Translations under genes and position numbers: made by a program
In this document: positions 1 to 13,560 of the stretch, piece by piece
How the letters are laid out: each line of letters starts with the position of its first letter
Position numbering within the stretch: position 1 is the first letter of the stretch
Notes under the pieces: generated by a model
The model's database searches: none
The model's input: the letters and a program-made list of their open reading frames with translations, nothing else
What the model was told of the DNA's origin: nothing
NCBI GenBank assembly: GCA_976551045.1
Contig: CDPCPM010000054.1
Location: 3,472,001-3,536,000, forward strand
Length of the DNA: 64,000 nt
From: Glaucostegus cemiculus
Taxonomy: Eukaryota
Direction: 5' to 3'

Positions 1-360
1 AGGGATTTACTTGTCCCCAATCTCCTAAATACAGTGTATACTTCCTTCTTTACCTTGACTAGAGCCTCAATATCTCTAATCAGCCAAGGTTCCCTTAACT
101 TGCCAGGTTTACACTTCACCCTATCAGGAACATGCTGCTCCTAGACTCCTGATATCTCACTCTTAGAAGCCTCCTATTTGCCATTCGTTCCTTTCCCTTC
201 AAATAGGCTCACCCAATCGTCCTCTGCTAGATCCTGCCTAATTCCCCCAGAATTAGCCCTGCTCCAGTTTAGGACCCTAATCTGTGGACCAGTCCTGTCA
301 TTTTCCATCATTATCTTGAAACTAATAGAATTATGATCATGAGATCCAAAATGCTCCCTG
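1..360 (-). mobile_element. CR1-clade LINE fragment (end of endonuclease and linker), decayed
   Basis: Reverse strand encodes a GEHFGSHDHN-like motif; resembles other CR1 copies in the window. Confidence 0.7.
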
Positions 361-374
361 TCACTTCGCCTTAG

Positions 375-652
375 ACAGCACTTTCAAAACCCACAATCTC
401 GACCTGCTAGAAGTACAAGGGCAGAGAAAGCATGAAAATACACCATCCTGCCTTCAAAATATATCACAATTCCTTCATCATCACTGGGTCAAAATCCTGA
501 AATTCTCACTCTCACAGCATTGTACCAATACCTCAAGGACTGCAACAGTTCAAGAAGGCAGCTCACCACCACCTTCCCAAGGGCAATTAAGGATATGCAA
601 TTAAATGCTGGCTCAAGCTGTAAAGTCCACATCCCTTGAATGAGTAATAAAA
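375..652 (+). mobile_element. 3' end of a second LINE family (CR1/L2 group) ending gggcaatta...aaatgctggc...aatga
   Basis: Same sequence recurs at ~14700-15105, ~27860-28095 and ~33005-33210. Confidence 0.7.
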
Positions 653-674
653 TGGAAAAAAAAAACTCCCTTTA

Positions 675-2575
675 GTCAAAAATATAAAAGAAGCATATGT
701 AAGGTTTGGGAGACTGAAATTGGACAGGGCCTTTAAGGAATATAAAGGAAGCGGAAGAGAACTTAAACAGGGAAGCAGGAGGGATAAAAGGAGACATGAA
801 ATGTGCTTGTTGAGTCAGAGTAAAGAGAATCGCAAGCCATTTTATAAACAAAAGGACCATTCAAGAACAAAAGAGAAAATTTATCCTGGAGCCAGAGGAA
901 ATAGGCAAGGTACTAAACAAATACTTTGCATCGGTATTCACCAATGGAGGATAGTGAGATCAGGGAGGAGTATGCTGATATTCTAGAGCGCTAAGGTATG
1001 TTGATATCAACAAGGGGGAGATGTTGGAGCTCTTGAAGAACATTAATGTAGTTAAATCCCCAGGGCCTGATGGGATCTATCTCAGGTTATTCAGAGAGGC
1101 AAGAGAAGAGATTGCTAGAGCTTTGACAGAGATCCTTCTATCCCTTTTCACCACAGACAAGACCTCAGAGGATTGGAGAATAGCCAAAGCTGTTCCTCTG
1201 TTTAAAAAACAGTAGCGGCAAACCAGGAAATGGCAGCCCATTAGAGAGATTCGGTTGGTAATTACAGGCCAATTATTGAGAGGTTAGAGAGGGAATTATT
1301 GGAAAATATTCTTAGGGATAGGATGTACTTGCATCTGGAAAAGCATCGACTTATCAGGGATACTGAGTTTGGCTTTGTGCGGGGGAGGTCATGTCTCACC
1401 AACTTGATTGAGTTTTTTGAGGAAGTGACAAAGATAATTGATGAGGGCAGTGAATGCTTTGATGAGGTCTCTTGTGGTAGTCTGAGCCAAGAGATTAAGG
1501 CACAAGGGATCTATGGCAACTTAGTAGAAAAAAGTTTCAAAGCTGACTTTGCCACAGAAGATGAACGGGTAGTGGTGGAGGGATGTTATTCTGTCTAGAG
1601 GTCTGTGACCAATGGTGTTCCACAAGGATCAGTGCTAGGAATTCTGTTGTTTGTGATCTATATAAATGATTTGGACAAAATGAAGGTGGGCTGATCAGTA
1701 AGTTTGCTGAGGACACAAAAATTGGCTGAGTTGTGAATAGTGAAGAAGGTTGTCAAAAGATTCAGCATGATATAGACCGGTTGGAAAGGTGGGCAGAGAA
1801 ACGGCAGATGGAATTTAATCCAGACAAGTATGAAGTGTTACATTTTGGGAGGTCAAAGTATTCAGTAAGTGGCAGAATCTATAGGAATGTTGATGTATAG
1901 AGTGATCTTGAGGTACAAGTCCAGAGCTCTCTGAAAGTGGCAACACAAGTAGGTGGGCTGGTAAAGAAGGTGTATGGCATACTTGTCTCCATTGGTTGGG
2001 TTGCTGAATATAAACGTTGGGAAGTCATGTTACACCTATATAAAATTTTGGTCAGGCTATACTTGGTCAGGCTGCCACATTACAAGAAGGATGTGGAGGA
2101 TTTGGAGAGGGCGTAGAAGTTGTTCATGAGGATGTTGCTTGGATTAGAGAATATTAGTTATAAGCAGAAAATGGACAAACTTGAATTGTTTTCTCTGGTG
2201 CGTTGCAGGCTGAGGGGCAACCTGACTGAAGTATATAAAATTATGAGAAGCATGGACAGGCTTTAGAGTCAGAGTGAAAATGTCAAATACTAGAGGCCAT
2301 TGCTTTAGGGTGAGAGGGGGAAGGTTTAATGGAGATTTAGGTGGCAAGTTTTTTATACACAGTGTGGTATCCTGGATTATTTTGCCAGGGGAGGTGGAAG
2401 CAGTTACAACAGCAAAGTTTAAGAAGCATTTAGCAGGGACATGAACAGGTAGGGAATTGAGGGATACAGACCATGTACAGGTGGATGGGCAGCTTAAATT
2501 GGCCTCATGGTCAACACAGGCACCATGAGCCAAAGGGCCTGTTTCTATTTCTGTACTCTTTTGTGTTCTATGTTT
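675..2575 (+). mobile_element. CR1-clade LINE, 5'-truncated (linker, RT, 3' UTR), frameshifted
   Basis: KSPGPDGIY, GFVRGRSCLTNLIEFFEEVT and GVPQGSVLG motifs; 3' end gggcctgtttct...ctatg. Confidence 0.9.
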
Positions 2576-2592
2576 TCTCCTTGTATATGCTA

Positions 2593-2841
2593 TGATAGCG
2601 TAGCGGTTAGCGCAACGCTGTTACAGCGCCAGCGATTGGGGTTCGATTCCCATCGCTGACTGTAAGGAGTTTGTACGTTCTCCTGTGTCTGCGTGGGTTT
2701 CTTCCGGGTGCTCCGGTTTCCTCCCACATTCTAAAGATGTACGGGTAGGTTAATTTACGTTTTAAAACGGGCGGCGCGGACTCGTTGGGCCGAAAGGGCC
2801 TGTTACCACGCTGTAAATAAAATTAAAATTAAAAATTAAAA
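2593..2841 (+). mobile_element. Young tRNA-derived SINE (V-domain/HE1-like) with CR1-type tail
   Basis: A-box-like tagcgtagcggttag, B-box ggttcgattccc, core gtgggtttc..ccgggtgctccggtttcctcccaca, A-rich tail; near-identical copies at 25037, 26352 and 45019. Confidence 0.9.
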
Positions 2842-2849
2842 TACACTCC

Positions 2850-5800
2850 AGTCCAGGCAAAATCCTGATAAACCTCCACATCATTCCTATAGTGTGGTGA
2901 CTAGATCTCCACACAATACTCCAAATGTGGTCGAGCCAAACTTTTATACAGCTGCAACATGACTTGCCATCCTTTGTACCCTATGCCCTGACCAATGAAG
3001 GCAATCATGCTGTACGCTATCTGTTGGTGTTGCAAGTTTCAGGGACCTATTGACCTGTACCCCAAGATCCTTCTATATATCAATGCTCCTTAGGGCCATG
3101 CTATTTAATGTATATTTTCCTCCTGCATCTGCGAACTTATACATCTACATCTAAATCACTATGCACATTACAGACAGCAAGGGTCCCAGCACTTACACAA
3201 AAATGACCCTCCACCATGACATTCTGTCTCCTATTGCCAAGCCAAGTTTGGATCCAATTTGCCAACTTGGCCTGGATCCCAAGGTCCCGAACTTTTTAGA
3301 CCTTTCTCCCATGTGGGATCTTGTTAAAATCCCAACTGAAGTCCTGGTAAAACATATCTACAGCACTATCCTCATCAATACCATTTGCTACCACTTCAAA
3401 GGTTCAATTTGATTGTTCAGGCAGGATCGGCATTTGACAAAGCCATGCTAGCTATTTCTGATTGGACTTTGCCATTCAAAGTAATCGTTAATCCGCTCCC
3501 TCAGATTTTTTCTCCAATAATTTCCCTACCACTGGTGTTAGGCTCACAAGCTTTTCCCTGCTGCTCTTCTTGTAAAGGGGGACTACTTCTTCCATACTCC
3601 AGTCATCTGCTACCTCGTCTGCAGTTAATGAAGATTCAAAAATCTCACCCAGAGCCCCAACAACTTCTTCCATTACATCCCGCAGCAGCCTAGGAGAAAT
3701 CTCATCCCGTCCTGGGGATTTATGCACCTTTAAGACCATTAAGGCATCTAGTACCTCCTCTGTGTTTATGGAGACTTGCATTAGAATTTCACTTTGTACT
3801 TCACTGAGTTCTCCAATGACAAAGTCTGTTTCCTCTGTGAATACTGATGAAAAGTATTTATTTAGGAGCTCACCTAAACATAGAACATAGAACGATGCAG
3901 CACTGAACAGGCTATTCAGCCCACGATATTGTGCCGACCTTTATGCCAATTTATACTGAATGTCCTCTTCCTGTGGATCATCCTTATCCCTCCATTCCCT
4001 TCATATTCATGTGTCTATCTAAAAGTTTATGTCTATTAATCTCCATCAAATTGCCTACTTCCACTACTACCCCTGGTAACCCATTCCACGCACCTACCAC
4101 TCTCTGTCTAAAAAACATGCCCCTCACGTCACATTTAAATTTCCTGCGCTCTAACCTTAAAAGCATGTCCTCTGGTGTTTGACTTTTCTACCCTGGGTAA
4201 AAGATTCTGACTGTCTACCCTGACTTTGCATCTCATAACTTTAGAAACACTTAGGTCTCCCCTCAGCCTTCAAAACTCGAGGGAGAACAACCCAAGTTTG
4301 TCCAACCTGTCCTTATAGCTCATGCTCTCTAATCCAGGCAGCATCCTGGTAAACCTGTTCTGCACCCTTTCTACAGTCTCCATATCCTTCCTGTAATGAG
4401 GTGACCAGGGCTGCACACAATACTCCAAAGTGCGGTCTGACTGAAGTTTATATAGCTGCAGCATGACTTCCTTACTCTGATACTCAACACTCCTACTAAT
4501 GAAGGCAAGCATTTCATACACCTTCTTTACCACCTAATCCACTTGCATAGCCACTTTCAGTGAACTATGAATCTGGACCCCAAGATCCCTCTGTACCTCA
4601 ATGCTATTGAGGTATCTACCATTAACTGCATACTTTCACCTAACACTTGCCTGAATTAAACTCCATCTGCCACTTCTCTGCCCATATCTCTAACTGATCT
4701 ACATCCTGCTGTATTCTTTGATAATCCTTTACATTATCCACACTACCACCAATTTTGGTGCCATCTGCAAACTTGCTAATCCACCCATCTGTATTTTCAT
4801 CCAAGTCATTGATATATACCATAACAAACAGAGGTCCCAGCACGGATCCTTGCGGAATCCCACTGGTCACAGACCTCCAGCCAGAATAACAGCCTTCCAC
4901 CCCTACTCTCTGTCTTCTCTGGGCAAGCCAGTTCCGAATCCAAACTTGCAATTCACGCTGGATCCCATGCATCTTTATCTTCTGAATCAACCTACCATCA
5001 GGGACCTCATTAAATGCCTTCCAAATTCCATGCAGATATCGTCCACTGCCTTCCCCTCATCAAGCACCTTTGTCACTTCCTCAAAAAAACGCAATCAAAT
5101 TTTTAAGGTATGACCTGCCCCACACAAAGCCATTCTGACTGTCCTTAAGCGGCCATGCCTTTCCAAATGCACATGAATCCTATCCCTCCGATCCTCTCCA
5201 ATAGCTTCCTTATACCTTGTGGCTTCATGCACAGGTTGCTCCTGTTGCCCCTTATGGCCCTACTCTTTCCCGAGTTACTTTTTTTGCCCTTAATATATTC
5301 ATAAAGTGCCTTAATCTTGTTTGCCAGTAACATTTCATGTCTGTTAATTTCCTTTATAAGTAGTGCCTCTGTACACATTGATGGGCCTTCGCCATTTTTA
5401 TTTCCCTATTCCTGATATATGCTACCTTTTTTCTCTTTATCCAGTGGTCAATATCACCTGACATGCAGGGTTCCCTGTACTTGTTACCTTTGGCTTTCAG
5501 CCTTACAGGAACATGTTGGTCCTGAAATCTCATTATTTCTTCTTTGAGTGTATCCCATGGAAATGCAAATGCAAGTAACTGCTTGCCAGGCCTTGTCTTA
5601 TTTTAATGAAATCCCCCTTCCTCCAATTTAAGACCTTTATTCCTGTTCCATCACAATTTTCTATAACCACTATCTCCAATATGCTCCCCCACTGACACTC
5701 CCTCCACTTGACCGGCTACATTCCCAAAGATAAGATCCAGTAATGCTTCTTTCTTCATTAGTCTATCTCCATACTGTGCCAAAAAGCTCTCCTGGATATA

Positions 5801-5850
5801 TCTCAAATATTCCACCTCCTCTCAGCCTTTTACATTAAGGCAATCCCAGT
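2850..5850 (-). mobile_element. Older CR1 LINE (2850-3875 and 5212-5850) interrupted by a younger CR1 (3876-5211)
   Basis: KSPGRDEISPRLLR in the outer copy; inner copy starts with the (catagaa)n tail and encodes GIPQGSVLGP, KFADGTK and LEYCVQPWSP; outer sequence resumes at ~5212. Confidence 0.85.
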
Positions 5851-6759
5851 TAAATACTTTGGCGTTTCTGACTCTGCAGAGGTCCCAATGTTTCCTCAAA
5901 AGACAGATCACAACTTTATTAATTTAAATAGGCTCTAGGTTCTTTTTTTAAAAGTTCATAGTGCCTAATTATGTCATGTCAAAGAGAAAAAGAACACAGA
6001 GTTCCCTACCTGTGCTGGCATGAATTCTTCATTTCTGAATGAGCACCAATTTCTCCAGGTTTGCTCCTGAGGTAAGGGGTCATATTAGTGTTACTAATGG
6101 TGTTACTATCATTAGCAATGCTACCGCTGACAAGCTCTATCACACTACTGTCTAGAGGTATAAAAGATACTGCTGCTCAATGTGGACACTTACATAATGG
6201 GAATCTTGATAAAGCCATGTTAACATTAGAGCTTTAAATGCATTTTAGAGTGGAACGTTGTGACCAATCTGGCATCTTTAAAATGTTTTGTCTGTATTCT
6301 TCCTAATTCTGAAATTTCCGAATTCATCATCCACAGTAAGACTGAAGCAGTCTGTTGCATCAGGATTGAATACTATGGTATTGGTGTAGAGATTTGATTA
6401 CACTGTGCTCTGTGCTGGGAATGAAGGGAAATAAATTGGAATTTCACATGATTTGGTGAAGTTCTAGTAATCCTAGTCAGCTGGCACAGTACCTAACCTG
6501 GTGAGGAGAACAAGACATAGTCGATGTATCAGGAGTGAATGGGCTGTGGATTTGGTGTTCTTTTATTTGGAGTTGAAAGGAAAGAGTTAGTTTGTACAAG
6601 ACATTAGAGATTTACAAAGTGGGATTGACTAAGAAGGAATTTCGGTAAAGCACTCATGCAACAGGAGTGAACAGGAAGTGAATTGCTCCACTAAGATTCT
6701 ACTGAATCTGTCCATCATATTCTGTGCTTGAATGAAGAATGTACTTTGTCGTTTAAGAT

Positions 6760-7100
6760 TAGTCTTTGAAAGGCAAATGCTTCTCATTCTGTTCAGAAAC
6801 AGGGGCACAGATTGTCTTCGCTGTCAAACTGATGTGTCTCACGTGCCCATCACATCCATTTATGTGGGGCTGCCTCGGGTTGTCATTAACCTGGCTGATA
6901 GAACTGGGACAAAAACATTCTTAAATATCTGCAGGTGTGTATTGCAAAGAGAGTGTCTGTGGCACATCAAACTGTCAGAAAGTGCCATAGACACTTGCTC
7001 GACTAAACACAATGAAACTGTGCCAAGAGTATTCAGTGTGGAGTGCCTGTATGTCTAATTGCCTTTGAGATACATCAGTGTGAAATCTATGTTAAAGAAT
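6760..7100. promoter_or_regulatory. Candidate conserved non-coding element
   Basis: Repeat-free, complex sequence with TGTCA/CATCAAA/TAAT-type motifs inside a developmental-regulator intron; inferred from composition only. Confidence 0.35.
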
Positions 7101-7519
7101 ACTGTAAATTAAGTTCCGCACATACCTACAGTATGTATTGGTTGTAATGTGATATGCTTGGTGAGGGACCTCTGCTGATTTCTGCCAGTCACCAGAGTAT
7201 TCACTTCTACTAAAAAAGCAGGAAATGACAATCTCAACACAAAGGAAAATTCAAATTCTCAAAATCAATGCTGTTTTTAAAAAGACATTATTGTACCAAA
7301 TGTGGAAGTCTGTTTCAAGAGCACCTCAATTATTGGCATTCCCTCCATTAAAAATAAACTTCAAAGGAGATATTTTTCAGCCCTAAAATTCAACCTGTTT
7401 CCAAGCAACAAGGCAATGGGAGAGGCGGCAGATTTGTCTTGTTGATGATATGGATTCAACCCAAAGCAATTTGGGCTGCAAATTATGCACAGAGTTGTCA
7501 CCCTACTGGTCTAGAGATC

Positions 7520-7900
7520 AAAAGAATTTGCATTTATTTAACATCTTAAGTTTTCAGGCTGTCGCAAAGCTAAAGGAATGTTAGTATGATAAAGAGAGCA
7601 GCCAATTTACCCACAGCAAGCTCCCACAGGCACTAATGGATTAATGCCTGACAATTTATCTCTGTGACAACAAACATTGCGTCAAGAATGGAAGGAACGA
7701 CTCTCATGTACTTGAAAGTAGTAGTAAGAATCTTCCATATCCATCTGAAAGGGTAGACTGAGTCTCAGGTTAGTGGCACACCTGAAAGATGGCACTTCCA
7801 TCAGTGCAGCACTTCCACAGGTTATCAGTCTAGGTTTTGTGCTCAGATATCTGTGTGAAACTTGAACACATGATTGCTACCAAATGAACCACAACTGATG
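7520..7900 (-). mobile_element. Deu-domain SINE (SacSINE1/AmnSINE1-like), decayed
   Basis: cagcaagctcccaca, ctgaaagatggcacttcc and cagtgcagcact motifs typical of the Deu domain. Confidence 0.7.
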
Positions 7901-7999
7901 CAAACAACAATATCACAATGAGTAACGGTGATTTTGTTCAGAAGCATGCAAGTCAAAAGGGTTTGGTTTGGTCGAAAGAGATCAAGGTCAATGACTTGA

Positions 8000-8348
8000 T
8001 GCACAGTGGCACAACCAGTAGAGCTGCTATCTCACAGCTCCAGTGACCCAGATTTAATACTGACTTCCAGTGTTGTCTGAGTGGAGTTTGCACATTCCCT
8101 CTGTGACCACATGGGATTCCTCTGGGTGCTCCAGTTTCCACTCTAGCCCAAAAACATGCAAGTTGGTGGGTTAACTGGCCACTGTAAATGAGTATGTGCA
8201 TGAGTTGTAAAGTCTCAGGGGAGCTGATGGGAATGTGGAGAGAATAAAATGGTATTTGCATAGTGTTAGCATAAATGGGTGCTTGATAGTTGGTGTAGAC
8301 TTGATAGGACAAGGGACCTGTTTCCATGCTGTCTCACTCTATGACTCT
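8000..8348 (+). mobile_element. Older HE1-like tRNA-derived SINE with CR1-type tail
   Basis: gcacagtggc...gtggagtttgcacattc...gggtgctccagtttcc...gggacctgtttccatgctgt...ctctatgactct. Confidence 0.8.
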
Positions 8349-8499
8349 GGAAGTATCCTAGCTACTCAGGTACATATGGAGAATTATTCATATATGTATG
8401 TGTTTGGATAATTTCTGTATGAGGTTAGCTCTGGCTGAGTGGGGAACAGCCTTGTCCCAAGTCACTAAGTGGTGGGTTCCAGTCCCTTCACTATGAATA

Positions 8500-11045
8500 T
8501 CTGGAATCATGGAAAACTTCCAACACGGAGGGATGCACTTTGGCCCATTGTGTTTGTGTCAGTTGAAAAATATCAAACCCACCCTCCAGCCTTTGGACAA
8601 TAGTCCTCCAGGTCACACAATTCAAGTGAGGCACCTCATAACCATAATGGGGGTTTCTGCTTCTACCATGTTTCTTGGCAGTGAGTTCCAAATCACCACC
8701 ACACTCTGGGTGAAAAAACTTTCCTTTTAATACTTTGATCAATTACTTTAAATCTATACCCCCTGGTTTTTGACTTTTCTGCTGAGGAAAATGGTCCTTG
8801 TTACTCTATTTAGACGTTTTGTGATTTCACACACCCAAATTAAATCTCCCCTCAGCCTCCCCTCTTCCAAAGTAAGCTATCCCAGCCTCTCCAATCTTTC
8901 CTCATTACTTAATAATTAAGAAATAAATTACTGCAGATGCTGGGTTTCTGAAATGGCAACAGAAAATGCTGGAAGTACTCAGCAAGAATTGAAAGGCCTC
9001 TGACCTGAAATATTAACTTTGTTCCTCTATCCACAGATGCTTCCTGACCTGTTCAGTATTTCCAGCACTCTTTATTTCTTAAACCAAAAGACCAATCCCA
9101 GGTAAATCCTCATATATCTGTTAGGCATTGTCTCCAGTATAATCACATCTTTCTGAAATGTGGTGACCAAAATTGAATGCAGTCCTCAAGCCAAGATCTA
9201 ACTAGTGTTGCATACAGTTCCAACATAACCTCCCTACTCTATGATCTGTGCATATACACTCTACATTTCCTCCATATAATCACTCTACATAATGACTCAA
9301 TAAGCAAAGGATCCTCTTGCCTTGTTGCACCTCCCCAAATGCATTGCCTCACAGTCTCTGGATTAAATTCCATTTGCCATGTTTCTCCCCAACTAACCAG
9401 ACCATCTGTATCTTCCAACAGTCTTAAGATTTTCACATTTCATTCAGCGGTATCATTTACAAATTCTACATTTAAGTCTCAATCATTAATATGACAAGAA
9501 AAATAACAGGGACCAAGAATTGAACTCTGTGGATACCTGTCAATCAATATTCTTCCTGCCACTGAGCACATTTTCAATCCATCTTGCCATTCACTCTTTG
9601 ATCTCATGGGCTTTTACATTTTAGACTACATTGCCATGTAGGACCTTATCAAAAGTCTTGCTAAAATCCATGTAGAGTACATCAAATGCACTGCCCTCAT
9701 TGATCCTCTTCCTTGTTTCTGCCTCAAAAATTCATTCTAATTAATCGTGACACTAAAATTCCATGCTATCAGAATGAATTCCAATAAATTCCCTGTTACC
9801 AAAGTTAAACTGTAATTGCTATACTTATCCCTTTCTCCCTTTTTTTTTTATCAACAGTACATTGCCCACATCATCTACCTCCACAATTTGGTTATCATTT
9901 TGGCCCCTATCAACTCCTACTCTTTCCTGAGTTATCCTTGTGCTCTTTTTGTACTTCTAAAACAATTTTGGATTTTCTTTTTTTAGTGGCCAATATTTTT
10001 TCATTGCATCTTTGCTTTCCTAATTTCCCCTTTAATCTCACTGTCACATTTTCTCAACACTCCCAACTTCGTTTGCAGGGTCTGAAATAAATTTCTCTTT
10101 AATTGCCTTATCCATTGCTCTCTGCATCTTCCCATCTAGGTTGCTTAAGATTTGCTGATTCTACCCTTCTTGTGGGAATATATTTAAATGCCAGCCCCTC
10201 CCCATTGCCCTGAGAGTAGATTTTTCTAGTCCATTTTTCACTAAATCACTCCCAGTCAAGTAAAATTAGCTTTATTCCAACTGCCATGATCACTGCTACA
10301 AAATGTTCTCCCATTTTAACTCCTTCATTCCTTTAAAATAAATCCTGGATTGCCCCCCTCTTTTGGATTTGCTACATACTGGCTAAAAAGATTCTCTCGA
10401 ATGGAATTTAGGAATCCTATACCCTCTGAACCAATAACACTGACTGTATTCCAGTTAATATCAGAAGAATTGGAACTCCCCAGTCTTATTGGCCTAGTGT
10501 TTTTACATTTTTCAGAAACATGCTCTCCTCAGACCGTCTGGAGTACTGGGAGTACAGTGTGATTGCCCTACTTTATTCTTTAGTTCAATCTATACAGCCA
10601 CATTTGATGATCTTTCCAACATTAAATTTGTTCACCCAGCTGATTTGTTTCTTTTCTCCAATATTGCCCCCTCCTCCATTTTTATTCTCCTCTCCACCAA
10701 GTAAGAAAATCCAATAATTAGGAATGCTATGCTGTCAGTCTTGCCTTTCATTAAATCATATTTTCAGTAACTGGAGAAGTATTAAAATTCCACATGTCTA
10801 TCAGTGCCTTCAGCACATCAAACATAGTAACTAAACTCCTTGAATTTACACATGTAATAGTAGGCACAGCCAGACTCCTTTCATGTTTATTTTTTTACAA
10901 TTAGTTTGCTCTACCTTCCAAGCTCCCTCACTAATTTTTAGTGTCTATTTCCAGTTCTACACTTTGTTCCTACTAAGCTTCCTATCTCTTGGCAAACAAG
11001 TTTAAACCTTCCCAAACATTACTAGCAAACTTGCCTTTTGTGATA
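8500..11045 (-). mobile_element. Old, heavily deleted CR1 LINE
   Basis: WQMEFNPE and DFSKTFDKV-like motifs on the minus strand; CR1 3' UTR at ~8500-8750. Confidence 0.7.
8920..9080 (+). mobile_element. Penelope-associated hairpin repeat remnant nested in CR1
   Basis: Inverted arms gaaaatgctggaagtactcagca / gttcagtatttccagcactc flank tgaaaggcctctgacctgaaat; related copies at 12865, 35461 and 61110. Confidence 0.6.
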
Positions 11046-11049
11046 TTGC

Positions 11050-12345
11050 CTGCTGACTAATGGGAAAGACATTGAGGAACAAACTTGCAGGAAAATTGCA
11101 GAAATGTACAAAAACTGTAGTGGTGATAATGGGGGACCTTAACTATCCAAGCATAGACTGGGATAGCAATAACATCAGGGTCAAAGAGGGGGAGGAGACT
11201 CTGATGTTTTTCAGGACAACTTTTTTAATCAGCATGTTTTTGGTTCCATGAGTAAGGTGGCGATACTGAACTTGGTTCTGGGAAATATGTTAGGCTAAGT
11301 GAAGTAGATATCAGTGGGAGAACATTGAGGAAATAGTGACTACAATATTACAAAATTTAGAATAGCTATGGAAAAGGATATAGACCATTCCAAAATGAAA
11401 AATGATCCATTACAAAAGGGTCAATTTCAATGGGGTGAGAAGTGGTTCCCATGGTAGGTGTATCAAACACAAGAGGGCATAGGTTTAAGTTGAGAGGGGA
11501 TATAAGGGGTAAATCTTTTACACAGAGGGTGGCTGATATCCAGAACATGCTACCAGGGAAGGTGTTGGAATCAGATACAATTATTACATTTAAAAGGGAG
11601 TTAAGTAGACACTTAACTAAGCAAAACATAGAAGGATAATGCAGGCAAGTGGGATTTGTATAGACGGGCAAAAACGATGGCATTAATGTGTTGGGCCGAA
11701 GGGCCTGTTCCTCTGCTGTACAACTCTGTGAATCTCTCACTCTATAAAAGCTCCATCCCAGATAAATTGGAATCATACAATAGCAGCCAAAACTGTCATT
11801 GAAGTGAATATGTTTCAGGATATTCAAGTGTGCTCCCATGTGGAAGAGGTTCAAGAACTTAAAATCAGAACTGCATGGACAACTAAAAAGACAAAGAGTA
11901 GAGTAGGGCAAAACAAAACATATGACAGATGGGAGGTTTTTAACACGCGAGAACCAAGCTGATTACAGAAAGTTCAAAAGGGACATAACAAAGGAAGTAA
12001 GAGTGCCAAAAAGAGAGCATGAGAAAAGATCAGCAGCAAAAATACAAGAGAATCCTCACTTTTTGGCAGGTGAATATCCAAGCATATTCCACAGGCATGT
12101 AGACAGGATAAGTACATGAGAAGAAGCAAACTGATAAGAGACCAAAAAGGAGACCTACACACTGAGGCAGAGGGCATGGCTGAGGCTCCAAAATGAATAC
12201 TTGACGTTGGTGTTAATCAAGGATGAAGATGTCATGAGAGTGACAATAAAAGAAGAGGTTGTTGAGATTCTGGATGGCCTAAAAATTAATAATGAGGTGC
12301 AAGAAAGGTTTGCAGCACTTTGAATGGGCAAGTTATCTGTTCCAG
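11050..12345 (+). mobile_element. Old CR1 LINE (endonuclease and linker) with a CR1 3' end inserted at ~11440-11730
   Basis: VVIMGDLNYPSIDW motif; inner piece NTRGHRFKLRG...FTQRV followed by the CR1 tail. Confidence 0.75.
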
Positions 12346-12864
12346 AGGGGATGGGTGCGTGTGTTCCTGGAGATTCCTGGGTACAATTGGGGATTTACGC
12401 AACCTGTGGGCGCCACGGGGGCTCAAGTGTGTTCTGGATAGAGATGACTGTATTATAATTTGAAATTGTAAATAGTGTGAATTGTGGAGGACTATAGAGC
12501 TGGGTCCAGTTTTATTGGCACAGTGCTGGAAACAATTTCAGTAGTACAGGGCATGTGTGAGTTTTATTGATACAGTGTTGTGGCAATTGCAGTGGCCAGT
12601 TTTGATGTTACATAGTTGGGGCCGGTTTTCGTGATACAGGACTGGCTCCAGCTTTAGTGATACATGCTTGGAGTCAGCATTAGTAAAGCAGGGCTTGGGA
12701 TATTTAGCATCACAGAGCTGGGGCCAGTTTGAATGTTACAGGAGCGAGGCCATTTTAGATGTGACAAGGAGATGCGGGGATGTGATGAGAGATACAAGGT
12801 TTCAATGATACATGGCTGGTACAAGTTAAAGTGATATAGGGCTGGGACTAGTTTAATCAACACA

Positions 12865-12948
12865 GGGCTGCAGCTGCTTGACTTGCTGAGTTCCTCCAGA
12901 AGTTTGTTTTTTACTTCAGATTCCAGATTCTGGTCTCTTGCGCCTGCA
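12865..12948 (+). mobile_element. Short Penelope-associated repeat fragment within the minisatellite
   Basis: gctgcttgacttgctgagttcctccag...tcagattccag, similar to the 8920 and 35461 copies. Confidence 0.55.
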
Positions 12949-13069
12949 GGCCAGTTTTACTGATATAGAGCTGTGGCCAGTTTTACTGACACAGGGCTTG
13001 GGGCAGTTTTAGTGACACAGGCCTAGGGCCAATTTTTGTGGTACAAGACAGGGGCCAATTTTAGCATTG

Positions 13070-13560
13070 TAGATAAAAGGTTGGAGCTGGTTTTCCCTGA
13101 GGCGAAGGAGGCTGAGACTTGACATAAAAAGAGAGATATATAATGATGAAAGGCACCGAACAGAAAAGGACATTAACAGTACAGCACAGGAACAGGCCCT
13201 TCAGCCCATGATGTTGATAGGTAGATAGATAGTCAGAGTCTTAGTCCCGTCATAGAGGTGGCAAAAACTAGAGGGCATATGTTTGCAGTGAGAAGGAGAA
13301 GTTTTAAAGGGGATCTAAGTGGAAAACCTTTTTACACAAGGAGTATTTGGTATCTGGAATGAGCTGCCAGATGAGGTGGTGGAGATAGCAACAGAAACAA
13401 TGTTTAAGAGGTAAATGGACAGGAACCTGAATGACCAAGGCATAGAGGAATATAGAATTAACGTAGGCAAGTGGGATTAGTATAGATAGGCATGGGGTCA
13501 GCATAGATGCAGTGGGCCAAAGGGCCTGCTTCAATGTTGTACAACTCTACAACTCTATCT
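13070..13560 (+). mobile_element. CR1 3' fragment with a short antisense CR1 tail at ~13170-13215
   Basis: aaaactagagggcat, ggaatgagctgccaga and gggcctgcttc...tgtacaactcta. Confidence 0.8.

Noticed and set aside
2593-2670. tRNA gene (also at 25230-25298, 26352-26420 and 45200-45271)
   Set aside because: These are tRNA-derived SINE heads that continue into SINE core and tail.
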